DNA of 64,000 nt from the NCBI GenBank assembly GCA_964016885.1, contig OZ024762.1:5952001-6016000 (forward strand). The letters are read 5' to 3'. The stretch is from Eledone cirrhosa. Lineage: Eukaryota. The notes beneath the pieces were generated by a model. It had not been told where the DNA came from and did not search any database. It saw only the letters and a program-made list of their open reading frames with translations. The position numbers and the translations under genes were made by a program. This document shows, piece after piece, positions 40,250 to 53,920 of the stretch (position 1 is its first letter; each line of letters starts with the position of its first letter).

Positions 40250-41266
40250 CTGTAAGTAACACAAACAACATTAAAGAAATGTGGAGAAAAAAAAGAAAAA
40301 AATTTTTTTATCCCTTATAAAAATTTCTAACTCTAGTAACTGTACTTCTAACGAAACACTATTTTAATTAATAGGGAATTATGGAAGATTTACTAAAAAT
40401 AACTATTTCATTACTATAACTCCCATAACTCCTGAAGTCATTGTTGGGGCGCCGTATTAACATATTGCGTTTCAAGGGCATTTTTTGTTTTAAACCTGGT
40501 GGAGGCCATCTCCTCTCCAGATCTGAATACAGTAGATTTCTTCCAGAGAAGGATAGAGAGAATGGAAATGAGAAAGAGATATAGTGGAAGAATCGACTCC
40601 AGTGCCAGACTGGCACTTCTTTTTTCCATGTTGAATGGATGAAAGGCAAAGTTGACTATGGCAAAATGAATACAACAAAGCAATCTGACGTTCTAACTCT
40701 GCCACTTTGCTGCCCATTACTAAGATAATAATTTAAAATATGGTTCTTATTAAATCCCTCCAAATTCTTATTTTTTAAATTATTTGAAAATAACTGTCTT
40801 TTATTAGAAACTTGGTAATGAAAATAGAAATGTCTCCCTTCCATAAGATTTTCTGTTCATAAACACAAAGCTCCATCTCATAGGTTTCTTGGGTGTTTTA
40901 ATGATAGAGGCCCTAGTCTTACAATGTTATTGCAGCTCAATATATTTAGGTTTATTAGGCCTCGTACAAGTTTTCATCTCACAGGAGATTTCTTGCATGT
41001 TTTAATAAGAGGGCCCTAGTGTTGTTGTTGTAGTTCACACCCGTGTAGGCTTAGCTGACCCCATAAAAGGTATCTTGTGTGTTTTAATGATAGGGGCTCC
41101 AGTCCTATTATGTTGTGGTCATTCACTCATATGTGGGTTTGGCCGACCTACAAGGTTGCATTTCATAGATGGTTTCTTGCATGTTTTAATGATAGGGGCT
41201 GCAGTGCTATCAGATCTTAAGCTATGTATTAATAATGAAACAAGGAAGAAAAATTTGGAAGCAGAC

Positions 41267-41420
41267 CCTTTTACGTTCCAGTCGGGGAGCAACTCTGTCT
41301 GTTGTGTCTGTTGTTGTAGAATCAGTGTTGTTATCTTGTAACCTCATCATAGCTCGGTCACGATCAAATGATGTAGCATAGAAAAGCATTTGGCGAGTGT
41401 CGAACGGAAAAAGGAATGGT
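41267..41420 (-). CDS. TRIP12: TRIP12 exon
   Basis: [27 protein letters not shown]...[10 protein letters not shown]. Confidence 0.92.
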
Positions 41421-42830
41421 CTGCAACAAATTAAAATAAAATAAAAATTTATACCATATTTTCCATTGTAAAAGACATTTTTTCCACAAAGATTTGGTGT
41501 CAAAATCTGCCTGTGTCCTATAAACCAAAAAGATACAAATATACACACACACACACACACATATAATTTAACATCAGTGTTCCATGCTAGCATGGGTTAG
41601 ACAAGTTGTCCTCACATTGTGAGACAAGACAGATCAGGTAACAGAACGATTTTTGACTTGGTTGCTATGACTGGATGCCCTTCCTGATGTCAACCACATT
41701 TACATGGACTGGGTGCTTTTCACTATGGCACCTTACAAATTTAATTCTTTTACTGATTTCAGTCACATACACATGTATGCATTATATACATTATTTTATA
41801 TAATAAACATAGAACTGCCTCTGTTTTTAATAACATCTGTAATGGGTACATATGTCTAAAGTATAGTCAGCTAATATATATACTTGATTACTTAATCTTT
41901 GCAATCTTCACCTGATGATGTCGCCATAGGTCTTGTGTCATGATCTGATGATGTAACCAGGTCATAGAAATACGTATTGTGACTTTTGCAATATTAAAAG
42001 AATATTTTGAATCTGGCCTTCTGTTTTCTTTGAAGTGAGGGTGTGAGTGAGAGAGAGATAGAGAGAGAGAGAGAGAGATAGAGAGATAGAGAGAGTGAGA
42101 GTGTGTGTGCGAGATAACTTGATTCTTGTTATTCAGGAGTTTCTCCTGTCTTGTGAGTCATAGGAGAATCTCCATGATAAGAATCAAGTAATGTACCCAG
42201 TCCACCCAGAAAAGTGGTATTGCTGGTGCTAAGGTGAAACGCATTCAGTTGAACTTGTAAGGTGGTAGTGGTGGGGCCATGGTGAAAAGCACCCTAGTAC
42301 ACAAGTGGTTAGCATTAAGAAAGGCATCCAGCCATAGAAACCAAGCCAAAACAGAGCATATGATTAGGACATGGTCACCTTATCAATCTGGCCTCAGCAG
42401 GCGACCACACCTGTCTAACCCAAGCAAGCATTGAAAACAGTTTAAACGGTGATGGTGATATATATATATATATATATATATACCCTTTAGTTGAGTCAAG
42501 GACATGACAACCATCCTAGTGCTGGTGATCTACACAAAATTATGTAAAGTGATTGGACGGGCAACCAGCCATATAAAGCTTGCTGGGTTTGGGAGGTCAG
42601 TAGCCCCGCTTCAGTACTGACTTAGCCTTTGAAGACCCGTTCAACCCTTGCTAGTTGGGAAAGTAGACGTTAAATAATGATGATAATTTACTAGCAAAAT
42701 TGGGAGCTACTTTTTATGAAGTGGGAAACATCGGACAAAATGCGCCATGGAATATATCCGTGATAGCAATTTATGTTCAAACTATTCTGGGGTCTTGAAT
42801 AATGCCCCCTCCCCCTTATGAAATTTTGCT

Positions 42831-43035
42831 TTAACTCTTTAATGTTCAAACCGGTCAGAATTCTCTACCTCTTTCTGTTGAAACTGGCTGTAACTGGTCA
42901 CTCAAACTGATGTTAAGGTATTGTTCTCAACATAAATACTTTCAAAATCTCATAGATTTGATATTATGCGAGGTAAAGCCTTTACCATGAAAATACAATA
43001 GTATACATAGAGTAATGTGAATGCTAAAGGGTTAA
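42831..43035. mobile_element. piggyBac-like MITE
   Basis: TTAA flanks; homolog of 60550-60776. Confidence 0.65.
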
Positions 43036-43353
43036 GTGGTAACATTCCTGCGACAATTTTCTTTAGACATTAAAAGACATTATACATGACAAAAATAGTA
43101 CATTACTAAAAATCCCACATGTTATAAAATAAATAGGATGAGTTGGGGTCTCAACATGTAAACTAAACGACATTCTGGTTTTAAAGAAACAACAACTGAG
43201 ACAACCTAGAAAAATTACCGATTTTTCACCACCACCCCACTCATTCCAACCTCCCTCCCCAATTATTTGGGATCCAAGAGTAATGACTGAGATAAGTAAA
43301 AACAAAACTATAATATAAAATATTCAGCAAAAGCAGAAAAAAAATAAACTTAC

Positions 43354-43499
43354 GCTGCTGCAGCTATTTCAGCCAACCAGGCAGGAAGGTTTCCAGTCAT
43401 TATAACTAATGGATCCTGTAGTTGTCTGTTAGCTTTGGCAGTGAGTTTCGAACTAATGAATTCATTTGAAGAAAGGATAGGAGATAGTTGGGAAGACTC
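43354..43499 (-). CDS. TRIP12: TRIP12 exon
   Basis: [30 protein letters not shown]. Confidence 0.93.
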
Positions 43500-44257
43500 C
43501 TGAAAATAGAAAGATTAAATAAGATAAAAACATTTTAATATACACTTTCATGATTTATAGATTTTTGACAAGATAAAAGAAATAAAAAATGTCACAACTA
43601 AAACGGTTGGTGCTAGTAAGGGCATAAAAAAGGAACCCAGGATGAGTATGAAATTTATTATGGGTTCCAACATTATCATGTCACTGAACTAACCCCAACA
43701 CTATAGCTTCCCCACTGATTGGAATCCAACATGGTCATGTCACCTTCATTGAGCTAATCCCAACACTATAGCTTCCCCACTGACTGGAATCCAACATGGT
43801 CATGTCACCTTCATTGAGCTAATCCCTACACTAGAGCTAATCCTAACACTAGAGCTTCCCCACTGTCTGGAATCCAACATTCACTATACACTGTAAAGTG
43901 GTTTGTTATAGGAAGGGTATCCAGCCATAGAAAACTTGCCAAACAAGGAACGGGAGGACTTTTCAGCTGTATCAAGGGAAAGACAATCTCCCTAGTGTTG
44001 GTATTGTGATAAAATGCACCTGGACGAGTGTGTAGTGTAGAATCATGTTACTTTCTTGAGCCACCTGGAGGTCATAGGTTCCACTTAAGTGCTGACCATA
44101 TGTCTAACTCTTGCTAGCAATGAAAATGGACATTAAATGCTTTAGAATAAACAGTTTTGTATTGTAAAACTAATGGTGGTTTAGTATGAAAAGGGTAATG
44201 ATAGGAATAAAAAGATAATGTAAATGTTGAGGTGCAGCAAATGAGGGATTGACTTAC

Positions 44258-44409
44258 TTCATACATGGTTGACCAGTACCTATTGAAGGCATGGAGCACT
44301 CTCAGCAGTGTAATCACATCTAAAGAAAGATCTTGTACAGTAACAAAGGCAGGTAGCTTGTCAGTGAGGTATACATTCAAAGCAGGCACTATCTTGGGAC
44401 AATGACCAT
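44258..44409 (-). CDS. TRIP12: TRIP12 exon
   Basis: DGHCP...DLSLDVITLLRVLHAFNRYW. Confidence 0.9.
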
Positions 44410-44813
44410 CTGCAAGAAGACAAAATGAAAAATTAAAATGGAATTTACAGTTCACACCTATGCAAATTTAGCTGACCTCCAAGGACGTAAGAGGTTTCTT
44501 AGGCATTTCAAATATTTGGGTCTCTAGTATGTTATAGACCACACATATGTAGGTTTAGCTGGCCTCCTACAAGGTATCTGATAGGTTTCTAGGGTGTTTT
44601 AATGATAGGGGTCCTAGGCCTATCATGCCGTTGTTACAACTTAAACTTATGTATGTTTAGCTGGCCTCGTATCAAGTTGTCACCACATTAATGAGTTTTA
44701 ATTGAAAACGCTCAATTTTAAGTGTAAGACTGTCAACACGTGGAAAAAGTGTTCCGTATGTTTCTGTATGTCCTAAGAAAAACTGGGCTACAACAATGTG
44801 ACAGTAGTTTTAC

Positions 44814-44935
44814 CATTCCATAGTTCATCACCCCGTCGACTCCTTCCAGAAGATTTACAACTTTTCGTCTCAGCTCTAGTTTTCTTTGGACTCGTGGCAG
44901 CAACAGCGTCTTCTTGTTCAGAAGCAGGCCGATAC
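44814..44935 (-). CDS. TRIP12: TRIP12 exon
   Basis: (W)YRP...DELWN; phases 2 and 1 match flanking exons. Confidence 0.85.
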
Positions 44936-45475
44936 CTAAAAAGCAGAGAAATTCCAGAATGTTAAAGATCTGTTCAAAATTTATATTAACTATTGTTATT
45001 AAACTGATATTTGAATAATATAACTTTTTACAAAGAGTTATAATGAAAGTTTTTAGATAAATATAAATGCTAACCACATATATAATGAAAGGTTTTTAAA
45101 TGAATATAAACATTCTTTGAATAATTAAAATATGGGCAGTTTTAAGTGGTTTGGTAATAAAAAGGTTGAAAAAACACTGGCAATTCTTTTTACACACACA
45201 TACATTCATGCAAGCAGCAGATGTAAAGAGAGAGGAGTAGTATGAGGTAGTCAAACTACACCTCTTTATATGTTGTGACAATCGCAGAAATTTATACATA
45301 GACATAACTAACTTTTTCATTTATCTGGTGTTTGGAGCAAAAAGAATTTTGCATAAAATTATGATGGAAGATTTTTAAATATAAACACTTTAAAATAATC
45401 AGCTCTACATCATAGAGCCAGAGGCAGTTTCAAGTGGCTTGTGTATCAAAAGTAAAACAATAGAATTCTACTGAC

Positions 45476-45678
45476 CATATTGTGTGAGTTTGAACCCAGA
45501 TTCCTGCGTTTCCAAATGGGTTTTCTGAATCTGTATCAGTTTCACTCCCTTCCTTTTCTGTTGGCAGACTGAATTGTTTAACTGCTTGATACACAGTCAT
45601 ATTGTATGGTAATAAATGATCACCAATCAAAAATTCTAATTTATGACGAGCAGTAACTTGGTTGATGAAGACTGCAGC
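45476..45678 (-). CDS. TRIP12: TRIP12 exon
   Basis: [26 protein letters not shown]...[10 protein letters not shown]. Confidence 0.92.
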
Positions 45679-46506
45679 CTAAAATAATAACAACATCAAT
45701 TAATGCTCAACATGCTGTATCACACGAAACCACATTAGCAAGATATTTTTGAAAAGCACAAAGCAGCACTATAACTGCATCACATTAAAAATATTAAAAT
45801 CTTTATTCTATTACCGCAAATTTCCAGTAGTAAAAATACTACCCATTATATTAAAGTGTTAATAATAGATTATGTGTGGTGTAAAATGTTGGTCATGCTG
45901 TGGAAAAAGGTTGGTAAGATTATGTGTGATGCAATAAGAAACAGCAATGATGGCAGTATAGACATTTTTTCCCCCTAATTCTACACTGTACAAAAAATAT
46001 TGTTTATTCATCCTCAAATTACGAGTAGAATATTCCATTTTGGGAGTTTCAGTCATTTTTTAAATTGATTTATTTCATATATAATTAAGTAATGGTCTTT
46101 GGAGTAACATTATTCAATAAGGTGTGTAGCTCGGAGATGAAGGGGTCGTTATTTCTCCAAATTGAGAGTTCAAAGCTCCAATACTTCCGACATGGGGTCA
46201 AATTTTATGGGAGACCCAGTGGTAGATTTCAATCAAAATGGTTGGATAACATCTATGAGCTTGGTTGGTCTCTTTTAGGGATCCAGCTAGATCAATTGAA
46301 GACAGTTGTTTCTGACAGGACTTGCAAGCAGGCATGCTTGAGGACTCTGCCCACTTATTTCTGGGCAAAGAAGATGTATATATAAGTTTTAAATAAAACA
46401 CTTAAAATGCCATATTGATCTTTAATAGTTGGTGGTAGTTTCTAAAATGTAAAATTTCTACAGGATCAGCTAGTAATTATTTGAATTATTTCAGAATTAT
46501 AATTAC

Positions 46507-46566
46507 CATGGTATCAACATCATCATCATCAGAGTTGTCTTCATCACTGCCATCATCTCCACCTTC
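46507..46566 (-). CDS. TRIP12: TRIP12 exon (acidic linker)
   Basis: EGGDDGSDEDNSDDDDVDTM; phase 0/0. Confidence 0.85.
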
Positions 46567-47348
46567 CTAAATTAAAAGAAAATACAATTTAAATTATTTA
46601 AATTCTAAACTTTAACTTATAATAGACATCATCATCAGCTTTAAGGTTGCTTTTCCATGCTGCCATTAGTTAGACAGGGTGTTTGGGGCAATGTTTTACA
46701 GCTGGATGTCCTTCCTGACGCCGACCCTTTTTAGTCACCTCTTACAACATGTGGGGATATTGTGTATCTATTCTAAACTGGATACACATGGCCCAATGCT
46801 AAGAGGAAAAAAAAAAAAAAAAAATGAAATTTAAGTCTATACCTACGTAAGTTTAGCTGACCTCCAAGATTATATTTCATAGGAGGTTTTTGGAGTATTC
46901 TATAGCACACACCTATGTAGATTTAGCTGGCCTCTGACAAGAAACCTCTTGTGTTTCATAGGTTTCTTGCTTGTTTTAGTAATAGGGACCCCCCCCCCCA
47001 TCCTCTCGCGATATTACAGCCCACATCAATATATGTTTAACTGGCTTCCCACAAAGTTGTATTTCATAGGTGGTGTCTTGTGTTTTAATGATAGGGACCC
47101 CAGTACTATCATCAAAGGCAACATGAAGTGAAGTGTTTTGCTCAAGAACACAACACACAACAAATCCAAGTACTAAACCCACGAGCTTATAATTGGAAGT
47201 CCTAAACCCGAACCAGCAGACCATGCAGCTTTATACAATGATGGAGAAGTGAATAAAAAAAATATAACTATGTAAGCAGAATAACTTTGATCATAGGTCT
47301 GTTCAATCATGGCTAAACACCCCCACCCTAACAAGGAAATATTCTTAC

Positions 47349-47483
47349 CAACTGTATTCTTCCATATCCTCTCATGACTAAATATCGCTCAATAGCTTGA
47401 ACTAAAGCTAAAGGATCAATTTTAACAGGTCCTCCTTTCCACTGTTTTAGATTAGAACATTCCGGATGTCGTTGCAAATGGCA
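47349..47483 (-). CDS. TRIP12: TRIP12 exon
   Basis: CHLQRHP...[28 protein letters not shown]. Confidence 0.93.
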
Positions 47484-47629
47484 CTGAAAAAGTGGAAAGG
47501 ATAAAAAAATAAAAATGAAACAATATAGATTTGATATTGCAATATATCAAAGTATGTTGAAACTAAAGTAATTCATTCATAGGAGACATTTTAGCCATTT
47601 AAAATACAAAACAAAAAAAATATGCTTAC

Positions 47630-47722
47630 CTTCAACTGGTGTGTGTTGAAAAACTTGAGGGCATTAGAACCTCTTCCAGTTCCTGTCACACCACCTGGAA
47701 GATCATGAACTTTAACCTGAAA
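47630..47722 (-). CDS. TRIP12: TRIP12 exon
   Basis: FQVKVHDLP...[15 protein letters not shown]; alternative acceptor possible at 47716. Confidence 0.88.
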
Positions 47723-47791
47723 CTAAATACACAGACGATAATAATTTAGTGATTATTTGATGATCCTGAGCTGTGTATTTTATTAGAAGTA

Positions 47792-48376
47792 CTAGCAGAA
47801 AAACCCTCCTTCGGGTGGTTTTCTGCTAGCATGTGTAGTGTGTATATTGATATCATACGCAAGTATATATACATGTAGATATGATACATCCAATAAAATC
47901 GTAATTGACTATATAAACAGAAATTGAACGAAGACGTTGTGACACTGTGTTATGTAATCAGTAATGTAATCCATGATACATTAAAAAAAGACGATATTAT
48001 ATATAAACTGCATTAGGAGAAAATTAGTGACAGAAAATTAGTATGTTTATTTAAGTGATGGCCATCGGAAGTGTTGACATCACACACACTCTCTTTCTAT
48101 ATATATGGTAGTTGAGGTGGTGGTAACGCTATACCGGACGTGTAACTTTGAAAAGAAATCAATTTTAAATTTATCTTTACGAAATTATTTTTGTTTATGA
48201 AATTTAGTAGATAAATTATGTAATATTCATTCATTATTTATTCAAAGTAATTGCTGGCCTTGTGTCTAAAGTAGAAACAATTATTTATTCAAAGTAATCC
48301 AACTTATTTTACTAACGGGATGAAAATAAAATAAACCGTACGCAGTCCCGCAGACCTTCCTTTATTATAGTTTAGA
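47792..48376 (-). mobile_element. Non-autonomous Helitron
   Basis: Minus strand 5' TC start, subterminal hairpin, 3' CTAG end, inserted between A and T. Confidence 0.6.
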
Positions 48377-49250
48377 TTACAGTATTATAGAAGTATTAAG
48401 TGAGTGGTCAAGGGAGAGAACTGCACTGGTATACACAGGAGATGCGAATTGAGGGAGACAACTACACTGGTATGGTGAAAGGAGACAGCTAGCTGCACTG
48501 GTATGCACAGGACATGTGAATGGACAATGAATTTTCGGTGTGCCACCATCAGTAAAAGGTACCAAAGCAATGGAAGACTGAGAATGACACAAACTGAGGA
48601 AGCTGAATCTCAGACATACAAGAGATGAGAGATAGGTTGGTAGATGGCTATGTAGCAATATGTTGTGCAACAATCTAGCCAGTGTTGGTATTGGAATATG
48701 TTTAAAATATTGATGATGATGATGGCTAAAGGTAAAAAATGCCAGTACCATGACCTCATAGTTAAAGTATATATAACAGTTTTATATACTTAGAAACGAA
48801 GGCGTTAGAATGTCGAACAGAATGCTTTGCAGCATTTGTTCCTGCTCTGTGCTCTCAGATTAAAAATTACTGACATCAACTTAACCTTTCAAGGCCAATA
48901 AACAAAAAATGCACCAGTACCAGTTCAATACGAGTCAGCTTTCTCTCTCATTGGTAGACATGTTTCTGTATTCAGACTGGGAGAAGGATGGCCTCTGCCA
49001 GGTTTAAAATATCCCTGCGACTCCACCAAGTCTACAATACCCCTGCGACTCCACCAGGTCTACAATACCTGCAACGCCACCAGATTTTCAATGCCCCTGC
49101 GACTCCAGATTTACAATACCCCTGCGACGCCACCAGGTCCACAATACCCCTGCGACGCCACCAGATTCACAATGCTCATATAACCCCACCAGGAGTTACA
49201 GAGTCCATACAAAATACTTTAAAATACACAAAATTAATAAAACAACTAAC

Positions 49251-49352
49251 CTGTTCTAAATGATGAAGGCATCCAATCAGTTTACTAACCAATGGACTAA
49301 GTGCAGGTGGATCACTTACTTCAATTTCTTTCACAAACACTGAATCAGGAGC
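49251..49352 (-). CDS. TRIP12: TRIP12 exon
   Basis: APDS...ALSPLVSKLIGCLHHLEQ. Confidence 0.88.
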
Positions 49353-49413
49353 CTACAAAACAAAGATATTCATGACAAACCCCAATAAACTCCAAATAAC
49401 TTTTATATTAACG

Positions 49414-49610
49414 TACAAGGATCAGCTGAAAAGTTCATAGACTGACTAAGAAGAATTCATGCTAGAGCTGTGAAATCTTGCATGCATTAATTTCAACTCT
49501 TAATAACTGCATTGTTTCTTTCCAGGGACAATGTTAAAAAATAAACCTCATTTGGTCATTCCATGAGAGCATCTTGTTCAGCCTATGAACTTTCAGCTGA
49601 CCTTCATATA
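49414..49610. mobile_element. Tc1/mariner-like MITE
   Basis: TIRs tacaaggatcagctgaaaagttcatag / ctatgaactttcagctgaccttcata, with TA ends. Confidence 0.65.
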
Positions 49611-50576
49611 CAACAAGCATTTTAAAGCCATTTCCTTTGCTAGAGCAAAAGGAATGAGTAACTCCAATCAAGAAAACAATGAAAATGAAGCTATTCAAAG
49701 CAACAATGAGTCCATTCTCCTCTATGGATGTGAGTCAGACACTAACAAAGAGAATTAATGGCACATTCACACGAATGTGGAGAAAGGTGCAGAACATATC
49801 CTGGAAAACACATGTAGCAAATAAATCACTCTATGGCTCACACCTTCGCCTTTCTGATATAAAGCATAAAAGGCTTACGATGTTGGGAGATCAACCATCA
49901 CACTGAAGGATGTTCTTGAAGATGGCACCAGTTTGGAAGCAGGGCAAATTTAGACAGCAATGTTAGACAGAGGGAGCTGAAGGATGAACTTCATCATGGC
50001 ACCAGATGTATAGAAACAGAAGCAGGAGTGAGCCTTGTGGGGGGGTCCCCATGTCAAGCCTTTTCACTTTGTCCTAACATATAAATATATAGAAACTACA
50101 TAATACGGTAGTTGCTGTCCCTGTACCAGTAATTAGTACAGGTTCGTGATTTATGGCAGGGGAATCAGAATATGATTCTGAAGGATGTGTTTCACTTTTA
50201 CTTTGTCTTATGCAGTAAAAGAAATTCATTGGGAAGATGATCTCCGACACGTACTTGATAAATTTGCTGCAGAGTCCTGCACAGCAGGAGTGTTGCAAAG
50301 ACAGACACTCGTCCTCTCAAGAAAACCTGTGCAATGGCCTCTGCATGTGAGTGGAGTTCCACTGAAGCAGTCAGTCTACCATTTATTTACAATTGCATAG
50401 ACTATAAAATTAAATGATTAGCCATTCCATAACATGGAAGGAACATGTATATTTTATGAAAAGAATTATTGCTGTATTTAATAAAAACAAAACAGAGCAA
50501 ATATTCTTGTAAACCTGTGAAAGAAGGCAAGATAGAAAGGTATGGTGAGGTTTATGGTAAACAAAAATAAACTTAC

Positions 50577-50762
50577 TGGACAGTTGAGGAAAACGTGGAG
50601 AAAACGCCGTATCCTTTCATCTCTGGCAACCAATGCAGAGTTGGCAGTGAGGTATTGTAAGAGTTTATTTACAAGGCCACTGTGTATCACTTCAAAGGGA
50701 GAGACATCACTGCTTCGCATAATATCACAAATTTCTTGAAGTGCCTGAATTCCATTATCTTC
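50577..50762 (-). CDS. TRIP12: TRIP12 exon
   Basis: SDVSPFEVIHSGLVNKLLQYLT...RIRRFLHVF. Confidence 0.92.
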
Positions 50763-50837
50763 CTTAAAAAACATAAATTAAATGAAAATCAGATACCATT
50801 AAAAATTTAAATGAAATCTACAGCATTCACCAATATA

Positions 50838-51595
50838 GCTTTAACTGGCCTTCTACAGCCTTATACCTCTGTAGGTTTAACTGGCCTTCTACAGCCCTAT
50901 ACCTCTGTAGGTTTAACTGGCCTTCTACAGCCCTATACCTCTGTAGGTTTAGCTGGCCTTCTACAGCCCTATACCTCTGTAGGTTTAGCTGGCCTTCTAC
51001 AGCCCTATACCTCTGTAGGTTTAGCTGGCCTTCTACAGCCCACACCTCTGTAGGTTTAGCTGGCCTTCTACAGCCCACACCTCTGTTGGTTTAGCTGGCC
51101 TTCTACAGCCCACACCTCTCTTGGTTTAGCTGGCCTTCTACAGCCCTATACCTCTGTAGGTTTAGCTGGCCTTCTACAGCCCTATACCTCTGTAGGTTTA
51201 GCTGGCCTTCTACAGCCCTATACCTCTGTAGATTTAGTTGGCCTTCTACAGCCCTATACCTCTGTAGATTTAGTTGGCCTTCTACAGCCCACACCTCTGT
51301 AGGTTTAGCTGGCCTTCTACAGCCTTATACCTCTGTAGGTTTAGTTGGCCTTCTACAGCCCTATACCTCTGTAGGTTTAGCTGGCCTTCTACAGCTCACA
51401 CTTTTGTAGGTTTAGCTGGCCTTCTACAGCTCACACTTTTGTAGGTTTAGCTGGCCTTCTACAGCCCACACTTCTGTAGAGATGGCCTTCTACAGCTCAC
51501 ACTTTTGTAGGTTTAGCTGGCCTTCTACAGCCCACACTTCTGTAGAGATGGCCTTCTACAGCCCACACTTTTGTAGGTTTAGCTGGCTTCCTACA
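50838..51595. repeat. 36-bp minisatellite, ~21 copies
   Basis: Unit tgtaggtttagctggccttctacagccctatacctc. Confidence 0.95.
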
Positions 51596-52172
51596 AGACT
51601 GTATATCATAGGTTTCAAGGGTGTTTTAATGACAGTGGTCCCAATCCTATCGTGAAAAGCAACGTGAAGTGTCTTGTTGAAGAACACATCACTAGTTGCA
51701 GAATCAAACCTACCACAATATGACCATGAGACTAACACATTACCACTAGGCCACCTTCCAAGCATTATAACATTCAAGATCTCTTCTATTACCATATTTC
51801 TAATGAAAGACACTACCTATGAGTTCCAAATCATTTTGAAAATAATCAAAAATTTGGAGGGATTTAGTAATGTTTGGAGCATAAAATTATGAAGAGACTT
51901 TAAAATAAACAGTTTTGTAATTTAGAAACAGGGTGGTTTCAGATGTGCTGATAGTGTCCAGACAATATTTGTTAGCTCAACATATAGATGATTTCATTAC
52001 TTAGAGGAGGAATAAGTGTATTAATAGCCAATTTCCCTGCTAAGACAGTGGGTAGTCTTGCAAGACATGACATGGGATTCCTTTTTGAGGCAATGTTCTT
52101 TTAATACTTGGATGCACTTCTTGGCACCAACCTTTTTAGATCATCTACAATTATTAAAAACAATATAGTTAC

Positions 52173-52276
52173 CTCAATGGTAAGATTGTCTGTTGCAGAA
52201 CACAGCCGATTCAACATGTTTAAAGCAGGATGGGTATGGGTATCGGAATTGAAATACTGGTCAAGGAATCTGATTG
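52173..52276 (-). CDS. TRIP12: TRIP12 exon
   Basis: AIRFLDQYFNS...PALNMLNRLCSATDNL. Confidence 0.9.
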
Positions 52277-53170
52277 CTGAAGACACACAATAGAAGGACA
52301 TTAATTAAAGTAGAAAAAAATTATATATCAAATATTTATTATACAGCAGTGATATTGTCAAATATGTTTCACACACACAGTAACATGTAGGGGGTCAATA
52401 CACCACACAGCTCTAAGAGGGGGAGGGGATACCAAAGCTCCAGAAAGAGGGAGTGTTCACAACTATATAGGTTTAGTTGGCCTTCTACAAGGTTGTATCT
52501 CATGAGTTTCTTTAGTGTTTTAATGATAGAGGCCCTTGTCCTATCGTTGTTACAGCTCACATCTATGTAGGATTAGTCAGTCTCCTACAAGTTTGAATCT
52601 CATTGGAAGTTTCTCCAGTACTTTAATGATAGGGACCTTAGTCCTATCATGTTACAGCTCAAGCATGTAGGGTTGGTTGGCCTCCTACACGGTTACATAC
52701 ATCATAGGTTTCTAGGGTGTTTAATCATAGGAGCACCCAGTCATATGTTGTTACAGCTCCTATAAGGTTGCATCTCATAGTTTTCTCGAGGGTTTTAATG
52801 GTAAGGGCCTCAATCCTATCATGAAAAGCAATGCGAAATGAAATATATTGCTTGCTCAAGAACACACGTTAACCAGTGAAGGAATCAAATCTACAACCTT
52901 ATGATCAGGAGTCTAACACCCAAGCCAGTAGGACATGGGCCTTCACAGCTGGAGGCAATCCACAGCTATGGTGAATACTTCAGTCACTCTCTCTTCCATA
53001 CATCATTTAATGTCCGTTTTCCCTGCTGGCAAGAGTTGGACGGGTGCATTATATCTTGGGACCTGCACTAGGGAGGTTATCATGACTTTGACACAGCTTA
53101 GGAGTGCTTTCAATCGTTTAACAACCTTTCTGCAGCTAGATTTATTGAAGAAGAAATTTGTTTTGTGTAC

Positions 53171-53249
53171 CTTGTTCTTTGATCCATGTTTTCACCTTCT
53201 CTTTATGACCGTATGTATTTGAGGACACCATTTTAGAAACTGGACCGTC
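53171..53249 (-). CDS. TRIP12: TRIP12 exon
   Basis: ...KEKVKTWIKEQ; phase 0/1. Confidence 0.88.
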
Positions 53250-53439
53250 CTACAAACAAAACAAAAATGAACTTTTCTTTTTTGCTTTTATGTTAATTTT
53301 TTTATTTTTTTAAAAACTGCTGGTATACAATAACAAACAAATGTTTTAAGATCATCATCTCTCCTAATAAAGTGGTTAGACTGGCAGGCCTTTTGACAAG
53401 CTTCTCTATTTTGCCACTATTGTCTGCATCCCCCTTCAC

Positions 53440-53775
53440 TGACCCGTCATGTCTTTCCTCTATTTCCTTCCACATTAATTCCATCATTCCTCTCACTTTC
53501 ATCTTTCCTCAACACATGACTTACCCATCTCATTCCATTTCTCTTCACAACATTTATCACTGGCTCTATTCCTCTCACCCAGTCACTTTCATCGTTCCTC
53601 AACACATGACCCAACCATCTCATTCCATTTCTCTTCACAGCATTCATCACTGGTTCTATTTCCATCACCATCTGCAATTCATTGTCTTCTCTCTGAGTGA
53701 TATTCCATTCATCCACTGGACTATTTACATATCCTTTATTTCCAGCCTTCTGTGCTGTTCTCTGTTCATCACTCA
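53440..53775 (-). mobile_element. Decayed RTE-like LINE 3' fragment with internal duplication
   Basis: Duplicated MRWLGHVLR / MRWVSHVLR. Confidence 0.6.
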
Positions 53776-53807
53776 CGACAAAAAGATAGTTGAAATGTGA
53801 TACTTAC

Positions 53808-53920
53808 TTTTGTAAGAATAGCTTTATCAACATTTAAGCCACCAAGTTTCCCCCAGCTTCTTGGATTTAAACTTGGTAAAAATGAACTCTTCGTAGATGC
53901 GGCAGATTTAAATTCCTTAC
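53808..53920 (-). CDS. TRIP12: TRIP12 exon
   Basis: KSSFLPSLNPRSWGKL. Confidence 0.88.
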
